A DNA stretch of 64,000 nt from Squalus acanthias (lineage: Eukaryota), in the NCBI GenBank assembly GCA_030390025.1, contig CM059431.1:103790001-103854000 (forward strand). Reading direction: 5' to 3'. The notes under the pieces were generated by a model. The model did no database searches and was not told the DNA's origin. It saw only the letters and a program-made list of their open reading frames with translations. Shown here one piece after another: positions 38,065-49,397 of this stretch. Numbering within the stretch: the stretch's first letter is position 1; each line of letters starts with the position of its first letter. Made by a program: the position numbers and the translations under genes.

Positions 38065-39567
38065 AAAAGAAAGACTTGAATTTCTATAGCGCCTTTCACC
38101 AACTCAGGACGTCCCAAAGCGCTTTCCAGCCAATGAAGTCCTTTTGACGTGTATTCATTGTTGTAATGTAGGAAACGCGGCAGCCAATTTGCGCACAGCA
38201 AGCTCCCACAAACAGCAATGTGATAATGACCAGATATCCTGTCAGGCGTTTGGTTTCCTCATCCTTACAAGGGTTCTTTGACTCTGGGTTTTACAGGAAC
38301 AAAATGTTAGACGACACAAAGGTTTAGGTTCAACCCAAAACTGTTAGTTTATTAAAACCAACAAAACACGGACAAAAACCCTGTTGAGATTTGGCTGAAA
38401 CTTACAATCACCCATCCGGCCGGTCGTTACCGTTGTGGATTGTCGGCCTGGATCGGAGATGACCTGTCCCCGTCCTCCTTTATCTGACTGCAGCTGCCTA
38501 CACAGCGCAAACCCCTTGTAGAGTCAACTGAATACTTACAATCACCCGTCCGGCTGGTCGTGGCTGACGTCGATTGCAGGCTGGGAGCTGGAGATGACCG
38601 TCTTCCCTTCCTTCTTACACCTGGCAGTTCCTGTAGTCAGAGCTAGCTTCCCAGAGAGAGAGCTTCCAAGCGAGAGCTTCCTAGCGAGAGCTTCCGAGAG
38701 AGCTTCTGAGTGAAAAGCAGAGAGAACTGTGGGTGTGGTTCCTTCTTATACTTCTTTTAGTCACCTGGCCTCATGCTGGGCTTTCCCCAACCAGTTTCGG
38801 TTGTCGGTTTGCTGAACTGTCCGACATTCACACCTCGTCAACCTGTAATCCAATCACCGGAGGTGTACAGAGTTGTGAGATCGAAGATAACTCCTTATTT
38901 CCTCTCCCGCTTTCTGTAACGCATATTCAATGTGATTTCTATTACTGTTGATGGGCGGTTGGCTGATTGTCTGCTCGGGACTTGTGTATCTTCCATTCAT
39001 GTCAGGAAGTCGATCGTGACCCCCATTGTTTCAGTTAAACTCAGAGCGTTGTCCAGATGTTAATTTTTCCCATCGAAACCAATCATGATTCAAGGCCTCA
39101 TAGTTCAATGTCAATGTCCTTTTCAGAGTTAATCATGAGCCAAAGCTTTTCATTGTCCAGTATCCATGTGTTCTCCAAGAACTGCAGACTTTGATGACTG
39201 GCACCTTTCCTGTGCCTTGAAGTTTAACCGTTTCATGCCCTTATGCTGGGGCCAAACTGTTCCAAGAAACTTACAATCCTTTTTTTTAGTGATGTTGATT
39301 TGAGAGATAAATATTGGCCCCAGGACACCACGGAGAACTCCTCTGCTCTTCTTCGAAATAGTGCCGTGGGATCTTTTACGTCCAATTGAGAGGGCAGACG
39401 ATTAACGTCTTGTCTGAAAGATGGCACCTCCGGCAGTACAGCACTCCCTCAGCACTGCACTGGGAGTGTCAGGTATAGATTTTATGCTCAAGTCTCTGAA
39501 GTGGGACTTGGACCTACAGCCTTCTGATTTAGAGGTGAGAGTGCGACCCACTGAGCCACGGCTGACA
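38065..39567 (-). mobile_element. DeuSINE split by a solo LTR (38065-38239 + 39276-39567)
   Basis: SINE sequence continuous across the LTR. Confidence 0.88.
38240..39275 (-). mobile_element. Solo LTR, 1036 bp
   Basis: TG...CA ends, 4-bp TSD ATCC; minus-strand TATAA (38746-38750) and AATAAA (38348-38353). Confidence 0.85.
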
Positions 39568-40232
39568 TAGGACACATGAGCAAGGCACTGGAACACAATT
39601 GAACAGTTCACTACTTACCTGTTTAAAGAGTCTACAGGCCAAGCACTGGTTGAAGTGCTGGTAAGCACAGCGCAATCCAATTAACTGTTTGAAAGCTCCA
39701 GTAGTAATGGGTGCCTGGTCTTTGGGAGGTGTCAGCTTCCCAGGCAGTTATCCCCCCCTCAACAATGACACCGAACTGGTTAAAAAATCACAGCGAGATG
39801 CAGGCCAAACTGAAATTTTGCCCAAGAGATTTCGTTATTCAATCATCGAATTCTGTCAAGCGAACCATGTGAGCTCATTTCTTCCTGGTTCTTTTAATTA
39901 CCCTCAACTGAAAATTAGAAAGTCTTTCTATGGTACTCGTTAACCAGCAGCAGCATGCTTTTCAAAATAAATTTCAGAACTTCCCTTGCCTTTTTATTTA
40001 GAAAGCAAAAACCTGGAGTATCTCCTGCTTATCCTTTCATTGTCATGGTCACCTCCTTGGTCAGTGCTATTAGAAAACATGATTGCTCCAGTGATGGTCT
40101 CCAGTTACTTCAGGTAAGCTGCTCGTCCAAAACCCCTTTGATTCAGGGGAACATATAAACTTATCCTGGAACCACAAAAAGCTACTGACTTCATTTACAG
40201 TTAGCGCACAGATGGCAGATCTGTAGCAGGAC

Positions 40233-40687
40233 AAGAAAGAAAGACTTGCGTTTATACAGCGCCTTTCACGACCACCAGACGTCCCAAAGCGTTTACAGCC
40301 AATGAAGTACTTTTGAAGTGTGGTCGCTGTTGTAATGTAGGAAACGCGGCAACCAATTTGTGCACAGCAAGCTCCCACAAACAGTACATGTGATAATGAC
40401 CTAATAATCTATTTTTTAGTGATGTTGATTGAGGGATAAATATTGGCCAGGACACCGGGGAGAACTCCCCTGCTCTTTGAAATAGTGAATCCACCTGAGA
40501 GAGCAGACGGGGCCTCGGTTTAATGTCTCATTGGAAAGACGGCACCTCCGACAGTGCAGCACTCCCTCAGCACTGCACTGGAGTGTCATCCTAGATTTTT
40601 ATGCTCAAGTCTCTGGAGTGGGACTGTGAACCCACAACCTATCTGACTCAGAGGCGAGCATGCTGCCCACTGAGCCACAGCTGACAC
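40233..40687 (-). mobile_element. DeuSINE, full length
   Basis: Head, core, tail. Confidence 0.9.
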
Positions 40688-40694
40688 TAACACT

Positions 40695-41080
40695 GACAAT
40701 GGCGGTGGATTTACTCCCTTGGCAGCTTGCTGGAGAAAGGATTTCCAATCAAGTACCTTCAAACTCCCATTTGATGGAAGAACTTCCCAAGGAGTGGAAG
40801 ATCCTTTTGGGAGTACTTTACAAGCTACCATCTGCTGATGATCCATCCTACTATCAAACACCCTTGACGGAATTGAATTCTCCATCAGAAAATGCACATT
40901 CTGCTTCTGTTGGCTTCAAAGGTGAGAATGAGGATTGGCTAAGAAGAAAAAGAAAGCTCAGACCACAAGGACCTTGCATTGATGAATGCTCTCACTCAGT
41001 TGATTTTCTTTTGAACTAAAGGTAATACCTACTTGGATCTAGCATTGACTGACTACCCTGATCACCTGAAAGTAATCTGT
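40695..41080 (+). pseudogene. Old LINE APE-endonuclease fragment
   Basis: ILLGVLYKLPSADD...VGFKGENEDWL resembles LLITTYCPPSADE...VGDFNFHHQEWL of the 58-61 kb LINE. Confidence 0.5.
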
Positions 41081-41384
41081 ATTGATGCCAAGTCGCGTGC
41101 CAAGTGACAACTTGGGGGGTAATTGTAACCTAACTCGCCAGGCGGGTAACCCACAGGATCAGGTGGAACGCCAGTTTTACACCCCCCGCCCGATATTATT
41201 CCCCGTTGACTTCAATGCTCATAATCATGTGCACAGCAAGATCCCACAAACAGCAATGTGATAATGACTAGGATAATGCTTTTTAGTGATGTTGGTTGAG
41301 GGATAAATATTTGCCCCAGGACACCGGGGGAGAACTCCCCTGCTCTTCTTCAAAATAGTGCCGTGAGACCTTTAATGTCCACCT

Positions 41385-41962
41385 GACTATTCCAACGCAC
41401 TCCTGGCTGGCCGCCCACATTCGACCCTACGAAAACTTGAGGTCATCCAAAACTCGGCTGCCCGTGTCCTAACTCGCACCGAGTCCCGTTCGCCCATCAC
41501 CCCTGTGCTGACTGACCTACATTGGCTCCCGGTTAAGCAGCGACTCGACTTCAAAATTCTCATCCTTGTTTTCAAATCCCTCCATAGCCTCCTCGCCCCT
41601 CCCTATCTCTGTAATCTCCTCCAGCCCCACAAACCCTTCCGAGATATCTGCGCTCCTCTAATTCTGGCCTCTTGAGCATCCCTGATTATAATCGCTCTAC
41701 CATTGGTGGCCGTGCCTTCTGTTCCTAGGCCCAAAGCTCTGGAATTCCCTCCCTAAACCTCTCCGCCTCGCTACCTCTCTTTCCTCCTTTAAGATGCTCC
41801 TTAAAAACCTACCTCTTTGACCAAGCTTTTGGTCACCTGCCCTAATTTATCCTTATGTGGCTCGGTGTCAAATTTTTTGTCTTAAAATACTCCTGTGCAG
41901 TGCCTTGGGACGTTTTACTACGTTAAAGGCACTATATAAATACAAGTTGTTGTTGTTGTTGT
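41385..41962 (+). mobile_element. L2 3' fragment (preceded by a DeuSINE fragment 41225-41387)
   Basis: L2 ORF2 end and (TTG)n tail. Confidence 0.9.
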
Positions 41963-42297
41963 GAGGGCAGGTAGACACCGGTGGGCAGTACGGTCCCTAC
42001 AATTCAGTGCCCAGTTAATGAGTTCAAAGCAGCACCGCTTACAGTTCGCATGTGCTCCCTCAAGAGTACAGCAGAATTAGATTGTGTAACTATTCGCCTT
42101 ATTTATTATACTCCATTTACCATAATGATGTAGCAGCTGTGGCCAGTTACCCTTCTGAAAAGTGATGGCATTATGAAAGTTCTCGTACAGTCCTGTTCCT
42201 GCACCCTTTCCCTTCCCCAGGCATCTCACTTCTGACAGGTTTACCGTAGTGTCATGGATTGTAATGCTGAGCCTAAACTACTAAAACTAAACACCTG

Positions 42298-43310
42298 GGC
42301 CTGGAGTTTCCGCTCGGTTGCGCCGTTTTTTTTTTCAGCGCAATTCGCCCGGAATCAGCCAAACCAGCGCGAAAGATCGAGGGATTTCAAGCGCAGATTG
42401 CGTCCAGCGCAAATCGTGGTTCTGAGATCTTCTGTGCGAGTTTTAAAAAAATATCGCGCTGGAAGCTGTAGTAATCAAAACTGTACCAGGTTACCACTCT
42501 TAAATATATCAGGGAATATTTTTTAAAGCAGAACGTTTTTTTTTTAAATGACGTTCTAAAACGCTGCCCGATTGCGCTGGTTCGTGGCAGATTTTACGTT
42601 CGGTGATATGCAAATAAGTTTGAGCGGAAACTTGAGAAATAAAAACACTTCTCAAAACGGGTGCAATTTTGGGCGCAGTTCGCACCCGAATCGCCGACTG
42701 AACCCAAAGCGGAAATGTTGCTTTTTTACACAAGCGCAGTGAGTTTAATTCTGCTCGTCTTTCTCTCTCTCCTACTGAAGGCACGGCCGCCAATGGTGGG
42801 ACGAAGGAAATCGGGGTTGAGCGAGAGAAACATAGAAACATAGAAGATAGGAGCAGGAGTAGGCCATTCGGCCCCTCGAGCCTGCTCCGCCATTCAATGA
42901 GATCATGGCTGATCATCCAAATTCAGTACCCTGTCCCTGCCTTTTCCCCATATCCCTTGATCCCTTTAGCCTTAAGAAATATATCTAACTCCTTCTTGAA
43001 TATATTTAATGAGAGGCCAGAATTGGAGGAGCGCAGAGGTCTCGGAGGGTTGTGGGGCTGGAGGAGGTTGCAGAGATAGGGAGGAGAGGGGGCGAGGAGG
43101 CCATGGAGGGGATTTGAAAACAAGGATGAGAATTTTAAAATGGAGGCGTTGCCAGACCTGGCGCCAATGTAGGTCAGCGAGCACAGGAGGTAATGGGTGA
43201 ACGTGACTTGGTGCGAGTTTTGAATGAGCTTAAGTGGGTGCAAGGTAAGGATGTCGGCAAGGAGAGCATTGGAATAGTTGAGTTTAGAGATAATAAAGGC
43301 ATGGATATGT
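42298..43310. mobile_element. Nested cluster: truncated MITE (42298-42750), L2 (42775-43310, -) with CR1 tail inserted (42826-43010, -)
   Basis: Similarity to other copies in the window. Confidence 0.75.
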
Positions 43311-43539
43311 AAGAAGGCCTCAAATCTCGAAGGTCCTTTGGCAAATGTGTATATGTAGCTGTGGCTCTGGTGTTTGACAACAGCCAAATGCACCAGATAC
43401 AGTAAGGATTAAAATTAACTCATTTAGTCGGACTCCAGTAGGCTAGCTGTTCAAACATCCATTACCCCTCTTCAAGGGTCACACTATTTGGTCGGCGCTC
43501 CTCCATTGTGGATTAGTAATGATCTCCATAAATAATCAA

Positions 43540-43730
43540 CATAACTAAAAAAAAACAGATTATCAGATCATTATCACATTGCTGTTTCTGGGAGCTTGCT
43601 GTGCGCAAATTGGCTGCCGCGTTTCCCACATTACAACAGTGACTCCACTTCCAAAAGTACTTCATTGGCTGTAAAATGCTTTGAGATCATAGTGGTCGTG
43701 AAAGGCGCTATATAAATGTAAGTCTTTTTT
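43540..43730 (+). mobile_element. DeuSINE 3' fragment
   Basis: Matches SINE 3' half. Confidence 0.85.
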
Positions 43731-44871
43731 TCCATATTTTGCTTTGTGCCATCAATCACCAGATCCACTCTGATGCTTTGAAGAAATTCGGGAAGGCCGA
43801 CATCAATGCAGATCAGAAGCGGAATGTATCTGGCAGCTTGAACTTGCGTTTTATGCCTTCAACTGAAATGGATTTATCAACTCCCTTGAGACACTGAAAG
43901 TGAGAATGTGTTATGCACACAAATTAACAATTCGGCCTATATTAACTTGCCAATGTCTCTGCATTAGCAACAGCAACACAAAGAGGCATTCTTTGCCACT
44001 GCTATGTTTCCTCATGTTTTGGTCAACTATACATAACCACCCATGCATCAGCTGAGAGTGTTGTGTGTCTATTGTAACGCTGGGTGGTATTATGGTAAAC
44101 CTGTTAGCAGTGAAATGCCTGGGGGAAGGGAAGGGAAGGGTGCTGGGACAAGGCTGTACAGGAACTTTCATAATGCCATCATCTGTAATCACTTTTCAGA
44201 AGGGTAATTGGGCACAATTGCCGCATTATCATAGGAAATGTAGTATAATAAATAAGGATAATAGTTATGCAATCTTATTCTGCTGTATTCTGGAGGGAAC
44301 ACATGCGGACTGTAAGCGTGTGCAGCTGCAAAATCTTTAACTGGGCCCAGAATACTGAAGAAGAAGAGGGTTGCAGGGAGAAAAAAACAGTTTTTCCAAG
44401 GATTTGACCTCATTATTTCCTAGATAAAAGTTCTTCCAGAAATGACAGAAAATAAAAAGCGAGAGCTTTTCTAACCGTGCAGTGTCAGTGTTTGGTAGAA
44501 TTTAGCTTTAGGATTTGGGATTTTCAAACTAAGCACAGCGTCTTCAGCCAGCAGGTCAGTCACCACACCTCAGAGTGGAAGAGTGCAAACCAATTATTTT
44601 CAATCCTGCAGGAAAAATAAATGGGGGCTGCTATCGGAACTTAACGACTGATAGAAGGAAAGTGATAAGGAAGGTCAATAAAGACCCCAAGTTTTACTTA
44701 AATGTTGCACCAAGATTTTATTTTATCTCATTATTTTGAGATCCGTTGTGGAATTTTCTTGCCATTTTTGCTTCAGTTGGGGCATTTTGGAAATGGTTTT
44801 TGTATTTGACCATTTGTTCAGCAAACTACACCTTTGATAGTTTGCTTTTAGTATTTTAGAACGTGTGTGAG

Positions 44872-45588
44872 AAGCATTTCTATAGCGCCTTTCACGACCA
44901 CTGGGTGTCTCAAAGCGCTTTACAGCCAATGAAGTACTTTTGAAGTGTAGTCACTGTTGTAATGTGGGAAACGCGGCAGCCAACTTGCGCACAGCAAGCT
45001 CCCACAAACAGCAATGTGATAATGACCAGATCATCTGTTTTAGTGATAAATATTGGCCCCAGGACACCGGGGATAACTCCCCTGCTCTTCTTCGAAATAG
45101 TGCCTGGGATCTTTTACGTCCACCTGAGAGAGCAGACGGGGCCTCGGTTTAACATCTCATCCGAAAGACGGCAAGATGCAAGGAAGTCCCATTCCCCACC
45201 ACTGCTACTGCTGAAAGATGTTTCTCTTTAGCTGACTAGGCTGGTAGACTTGGGATTGTCTGAGTTCTGAATCAATCGGTGGGAAGTGGAACAGGCGGGC
45301 TTGTTTAACCAGATGCTTCTTGCTGTGGGGTTAGCTTGCAAAGAGAACTCCCCTGCTCTTCTTCAAAATAGTGCCAGTGGGATCTTTTATGTCCACCTGA
45401 GAGAGCAGACAGGGCCTCGGTTTAACGTCTCATCCGAAAGACAGCACCTCTGACGGTACAGCACTCCCTCAGTACTGCACTGGGAGTGTCAGCCTAGATT
45501 ATGTTCTCAAGTCTCTGGAGTTGGACTTGAACTCACGACCTTCTGACTCAGAGACGAGAGTGCTACCAACTGAGCCACGGCTGACACC
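44872..45588 (-). mobile_element. Two overlapping-coverage DeuSINE pieces (44872-45172, 45343-45588)
   Basis: Both include the ACTCCCCTGCTCTTCTTC core segment. Confidence 0.8.
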
Positions 45589-45606
45589 ATTGCATACAAA
45601 TCAAAA

Positions 45607-45700
45607 GTGAGAAGTCGCACAACACCAGGTTATAGTCCAATAGTTTTATTTGAAATCACAAGCTTTCGAAGCTGCTGCTCCTTCGTCAGGTGAAGTGAAG
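45607..45700 (-). mobile_element. Single-arm Penelope-derived mini-element with intact hammerhead core (45656-45693, -)
   Basis: Reverse complement reads TCAC-CTGACGA-A-GGAGCAGCAGCTTC-GAAAGCTT-GTGA; TSD unclear. Confidence 0.8.
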
Positions 45701-45819
45701 GAATACGAATCGGCAAATCAAATCAAAGGTTAATACAAGTGACACTGTGCCTTGACCTTTATCTGTTAATTTCATGAATTCTTTCACACAATGGCAGAGG
45801 GCTGCTAACTTCTCAATAA

Positions 45820-46045
45820 TGCGGAGATGCCGGTGTTGGACTGGGGTGGACAAAATTGAGAGGTCGCACAACACCAGGTTATAGTCCAACAGTTTTATTT
45901 GAAATCACAAGCTTTCGGAGCTATCGATTGCTCCTTCCTCAGGTGAAGAAGACACTTCACCTGAGGAAGGAGCAATCGATAGCGCCGAAAGCTTGTGATT
46001 TCAAATAAAACTGTTGGACTATAACCTGGTGTTGTGCGACCTCTC
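45820..46045 (-). mobile_element. Fold-back Penelope-derived mini-element with back-to-back hammerhead motifs (45905-45946 -, 45957-45998 +)
   Basis: ~95-bp inverted arms; perfect 13-bp TSD AACTTCTCAATAA 45807-45819 / 46046-46058. Confidence 0.9.
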
Positions 46046-46524
46046 AACTTCTCAATAAGCCCAAGATTTTTCTCCATTTTTCTTTGTTACTTCAGTATAG
46101 TTAATAAAATTAACAGAATTTCTTGACAAAGCTAAGCTCAGGGAAATCTAATTAGGTGTGGACCAGCCCCTAGGATTTGCATTAAGTAAAGCCTAGAAAT
46201 TGCTGATTGCGTGGTATGTGGAGGTCACCGTGGGTTGCTACATGTTTTTGGTAGAATTTACTCCTTCTGGTTTACATACACTTTTGCTGTGATTGCATGA
46301 TTGCGCGATAAAGCCCATACTACAACCAGAATCATTATCAAAATCCTCCATGGTCTCTCCACCATTGTCCAACTTCATGGGACCACTCTTGCATGGATCT
46401 ATGAATCTCCACCAGAAGCTTCTCCACTTAGCCTTCCATAGTCACCTCTGTCGAGCAACCTCCTTTCTCCTCTGGTTCACAACAACACGTTTCGAGTAAG
46501 CACGAGACTTCGTAGTGGAGTGTA

Positions 46525-47195
46525 CAACAACAACAGCAACAACAACTTGTATTTATATAGCGCCTTTAATGTAGTAAAACGTCCCAAGGCGCTTCACAGG
46601 AGTATTAAAAGACAAAAAATTTGACACCAAGCCACATAAGGAGAAATTAGGGCAGGTGACCAAAAGCTTGGTCAAAGAGGTCGGTTTTAAGGAGCGTCTT
46701 AAAGGAGGAAAGAGAGGTAGCGAGGCGGAGAGGTTTAGGCAGGGTATTCCAGAGCTTAGGGCCTAGGCAACAAAAGGTAGGCCACCAATGGCTGAGCGAT
46801 TATAATCAGCGATGCTCAAGAGGGCAGAATTAGAGGAGGGCAGATATCTCGGGGGGGTTGTGGGGCTGAAGGAGATTACAGAGAGAGGGAGGGGTGAGGC
46901 CATGGAAGGATTTGAAAACAAGGATGAGAATTTTGAAATCGAGGCGTTGCTTAACTGGGAGCCAATGTAGGTTAGCAAGCACTGGGGTGATGGGCGAACG
47001 GGACTTGGCGCGAGTTAGGACACGGGCAGCCGAGTTTTGGATGACCTTAAGTTTATGTAGGGTAGAATGTGGGAGGCCAGCCAGGAGAGCGTTGGAATAG
47101 TCAAGTCTGGAGGTAACAAAGGCATGGATGAGGGTTTCAGCAGCGGATGAGCTGAGGCAAGGGCGGAGACGGGCGATGTTACAGAGGTGGAAATA
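46525..47195 (-). mobile_element. L2 3' fragment
   Basis: (CAA)n tail; L2 similarity. Confidence 0.9.
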
Positions 47196-47573
47196 TACGG
47201 AACAGACTTTATTGGTACACAGAAAGGTGATTGGCCTTGAACTGTATACAGAGAGTGACTTTACCGGTTTCTGTATCTATCGAGCACACTCTGAGGTACT
47301 GTTGAAAACCATGATCCTGTAGACACCATATTTTAACTACATCAAAGGAAAATGTCAAAATGACGTATCTATTTCCCAAATCCTCTGAAACCAGACTATT
47401 GATGAAAACAGTTTGCAATTGTTTACCTCAGAACCATTCCCTTAAACAAAACTTCCGTTACCTGCTGTTATCTTTAGCAAAAGGACTCGCTGCCCCTGTT
47501 TTATTACTAACACTTATGTCCTTACACAAGCACTTTACACCTCAGAAGACAAGCTGTGCTTTCTCCTTTTACG

Positions 47574-47994
47574 TGGAGATGCCGGCGTTGGACTGGGGTG
47601 GACAAAAATGAGAAGTCGCACAACACCAGGTTATAGTCCAACAGATTTATTTAATTATTTAATTTATGTCACGATACAGAACGTGACTTGACATCATGGC
47701 CGGTCTTCCCAGGTGTTTTTTTTTTTAAAAAGACTAACACAAGAACACAAATTGACAGGATATGCAGCCAGCAGGTGGTTTGACACGTTGGACCCCCCGG
47801 GACACATCTCATTGTCTTGGCTGTGCTCTTTGTTGTAGGGAAAAATGTGAATAGATTTTGTCTGTGTTTAAATTGTGAATTCTGGGAGATTCTCTCACTG
47901 CTAACTTACCTGACGAAGGAGCGAACTGCTTCGAAAGCTTGTAAAATTAAATAAATCTGTTGGACTATAACCTGGTGTTGTGCGACTTCTCATT
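47574..47994 (-). mobile_element. Fold-back Penelope-derived element with ~250-bp internal segment and hammerhead (47906-47944, +)
   Basis: Inverted arms; 14-bp TSD TTTCTCCTTTTACG 47560-47573 / 47995-48008. Confidence 0.9.
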
Positions 47995-48099
47995 TTTCTC
48001 CTTTTACGACACCTCAATGTCATCCTGTTTATATGGGAAAGCCTGTTGCTTTAAGATACAAAAGTTCGACCGTTAAACTTTGGACTCCCCAAGATGTGC

Positions 48100-48810
48100 A
48101 ACTTGCATCTCTCCAGGATGTCTAACAACATCCCAAGGATTTATCCTTGGCCCATTCTTCTTCTTCTTCAGCTATATACTGTCATTTGATGATATTAACT
48201 GCAGCTTCCATATGCATACAGATGACACCCAGCACTACATCTCCACCACTTTCTTTGACCCTATGACCCTCGCTGCACTATTGCCTATTTGTATCCGATA
48301 TTAAGTTGTGGTTGAGCATTTCTACTTCCTTCTACACAACATCGCCCACCTCCACCTATAGTTCACCCCATTACCAAAACCCTTAGCAAAGCCTTTCTCA
48401 CCTCACAATTGATTTTCTGTAATATCCTTCTTACTGCCCCCCCAACTTCCTCCCTCCGTCAACCTTAACTTGTTCAAAACTCCAATACCCTAATCTGCAC
48501 TAGATCTTGCACCATCCTGCTCTCTGATATTCATTGGCTCCCTGTGGCCCAATGCATTGAAATGTAAACCCCTTGTCCAAATCCCTCAGACTCACCCCGC
48601 TCTACCTTTGCGACCTCCTCCAGCCTCCCCTGCGCTCCCACACTCCTTCCTACTCCAATTCTGGCCTTCTGTGTATCTCCCCTCCCTTTGCCCTACCACA
48701 GTAGCCGAGCCTCAGCACTCCTATCCGGCACTCCCTCTCTGAAACTCCCTCCCTGAACTCCTTTGCCTCTCTGGTTCTCTGCTTGCCTACAAAAACCTTC
48801 TTAGCGCCCT
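48100..48810 (+). mobile_element. Old, highly diverged L2 RT/3' fragment
   Basis: QGFILGP...FHMHTDDTQHY (decayed YADD region). Confidence 0.75.
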
Positions 48811-48842
48811 CCTCCACCTGCGTCCTTGTAGAAATTCTCACA

Positions 48843-49397
48843 GGAACCAGTCTGTCGGTCGCCGGTCACTTTAATTCTCCGCTCCACTCCCACTCTGACC
48901 TCTCTGTCCTCGGCCTCTTACACTGTTCCAATGAAGCTCAACGTAAGCTCGAGGAACAGCACCTCATCTTTCTATTAGGCACTTTACAGCCTTCTGGACT
49001 CAACATCAAGTTCAACAATTTCAGACCATAACCTCTGCCCCTATCATTTTTTTCTCTCTCTCTCACATGGCAGCTGTCGATCATTCTGCCATTGCCATTT
49101 ACACTTCATCTAGAGTCATCTTTTGTTTCTTAACTTGTGCCATTACCACCATCTTTTGCCTTGCACCATCATCCCTTTTGTCTCTTAATCTCTCCTGCCT
49201 TCCATCCTATGACAGACCTTCCCTTTTGTTCTTTCCTCCCCTCCCCCCTTTCCCTGCCCCTACACTTGCTTAAAAACCTGTTCCATCTCCAACTTTTTCC
49301 AGTTCTGACGAAGGGTCATCGACCTGAAACGTTTAACACTGTTTCTCTCTCCACAGATTCTGCCTGACTGGCTGAGCATTTCCAGCATTTTCTGTCT
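48843..49397 (+). mobile_element. Penelope-like element 3' end: GIY-YIG C-terminus, UTR and hammerhead (49301-49337)
   Basis: VAGHFNSPLHSHSDLSVLGL..RKLEEQHLIFLLGTLQPSGLN, typical PLE C-terminus; CTGACGA..GGTC/GACC..GAAACGTT. Confidence 0.88.

Larger units (their letters stand above)
42005..44352. repeat. Diverged ~250-bp inverted repeat pair (42005-42250 / 44090-44352)
   Basis: Shared blocks such as CCTTATTTATTATACT, TTACCCTTCTGAAAAGTGAT, GGCATTATGAAAGTT and ACAGGTTTACC in opposite orientation. Confidence 0.85.

Noticed and set aside
38655..38707. CRISPR-like repeat array
   Set aside because: Short GAGAGCTTC tandem units without unique spacers, inside a eukaryotic LTR
40660..41019. 119-aa ORF as a host exon
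   Set aside because: Starts inside a SINE and the rest resembles a decayed LINE endonuclease
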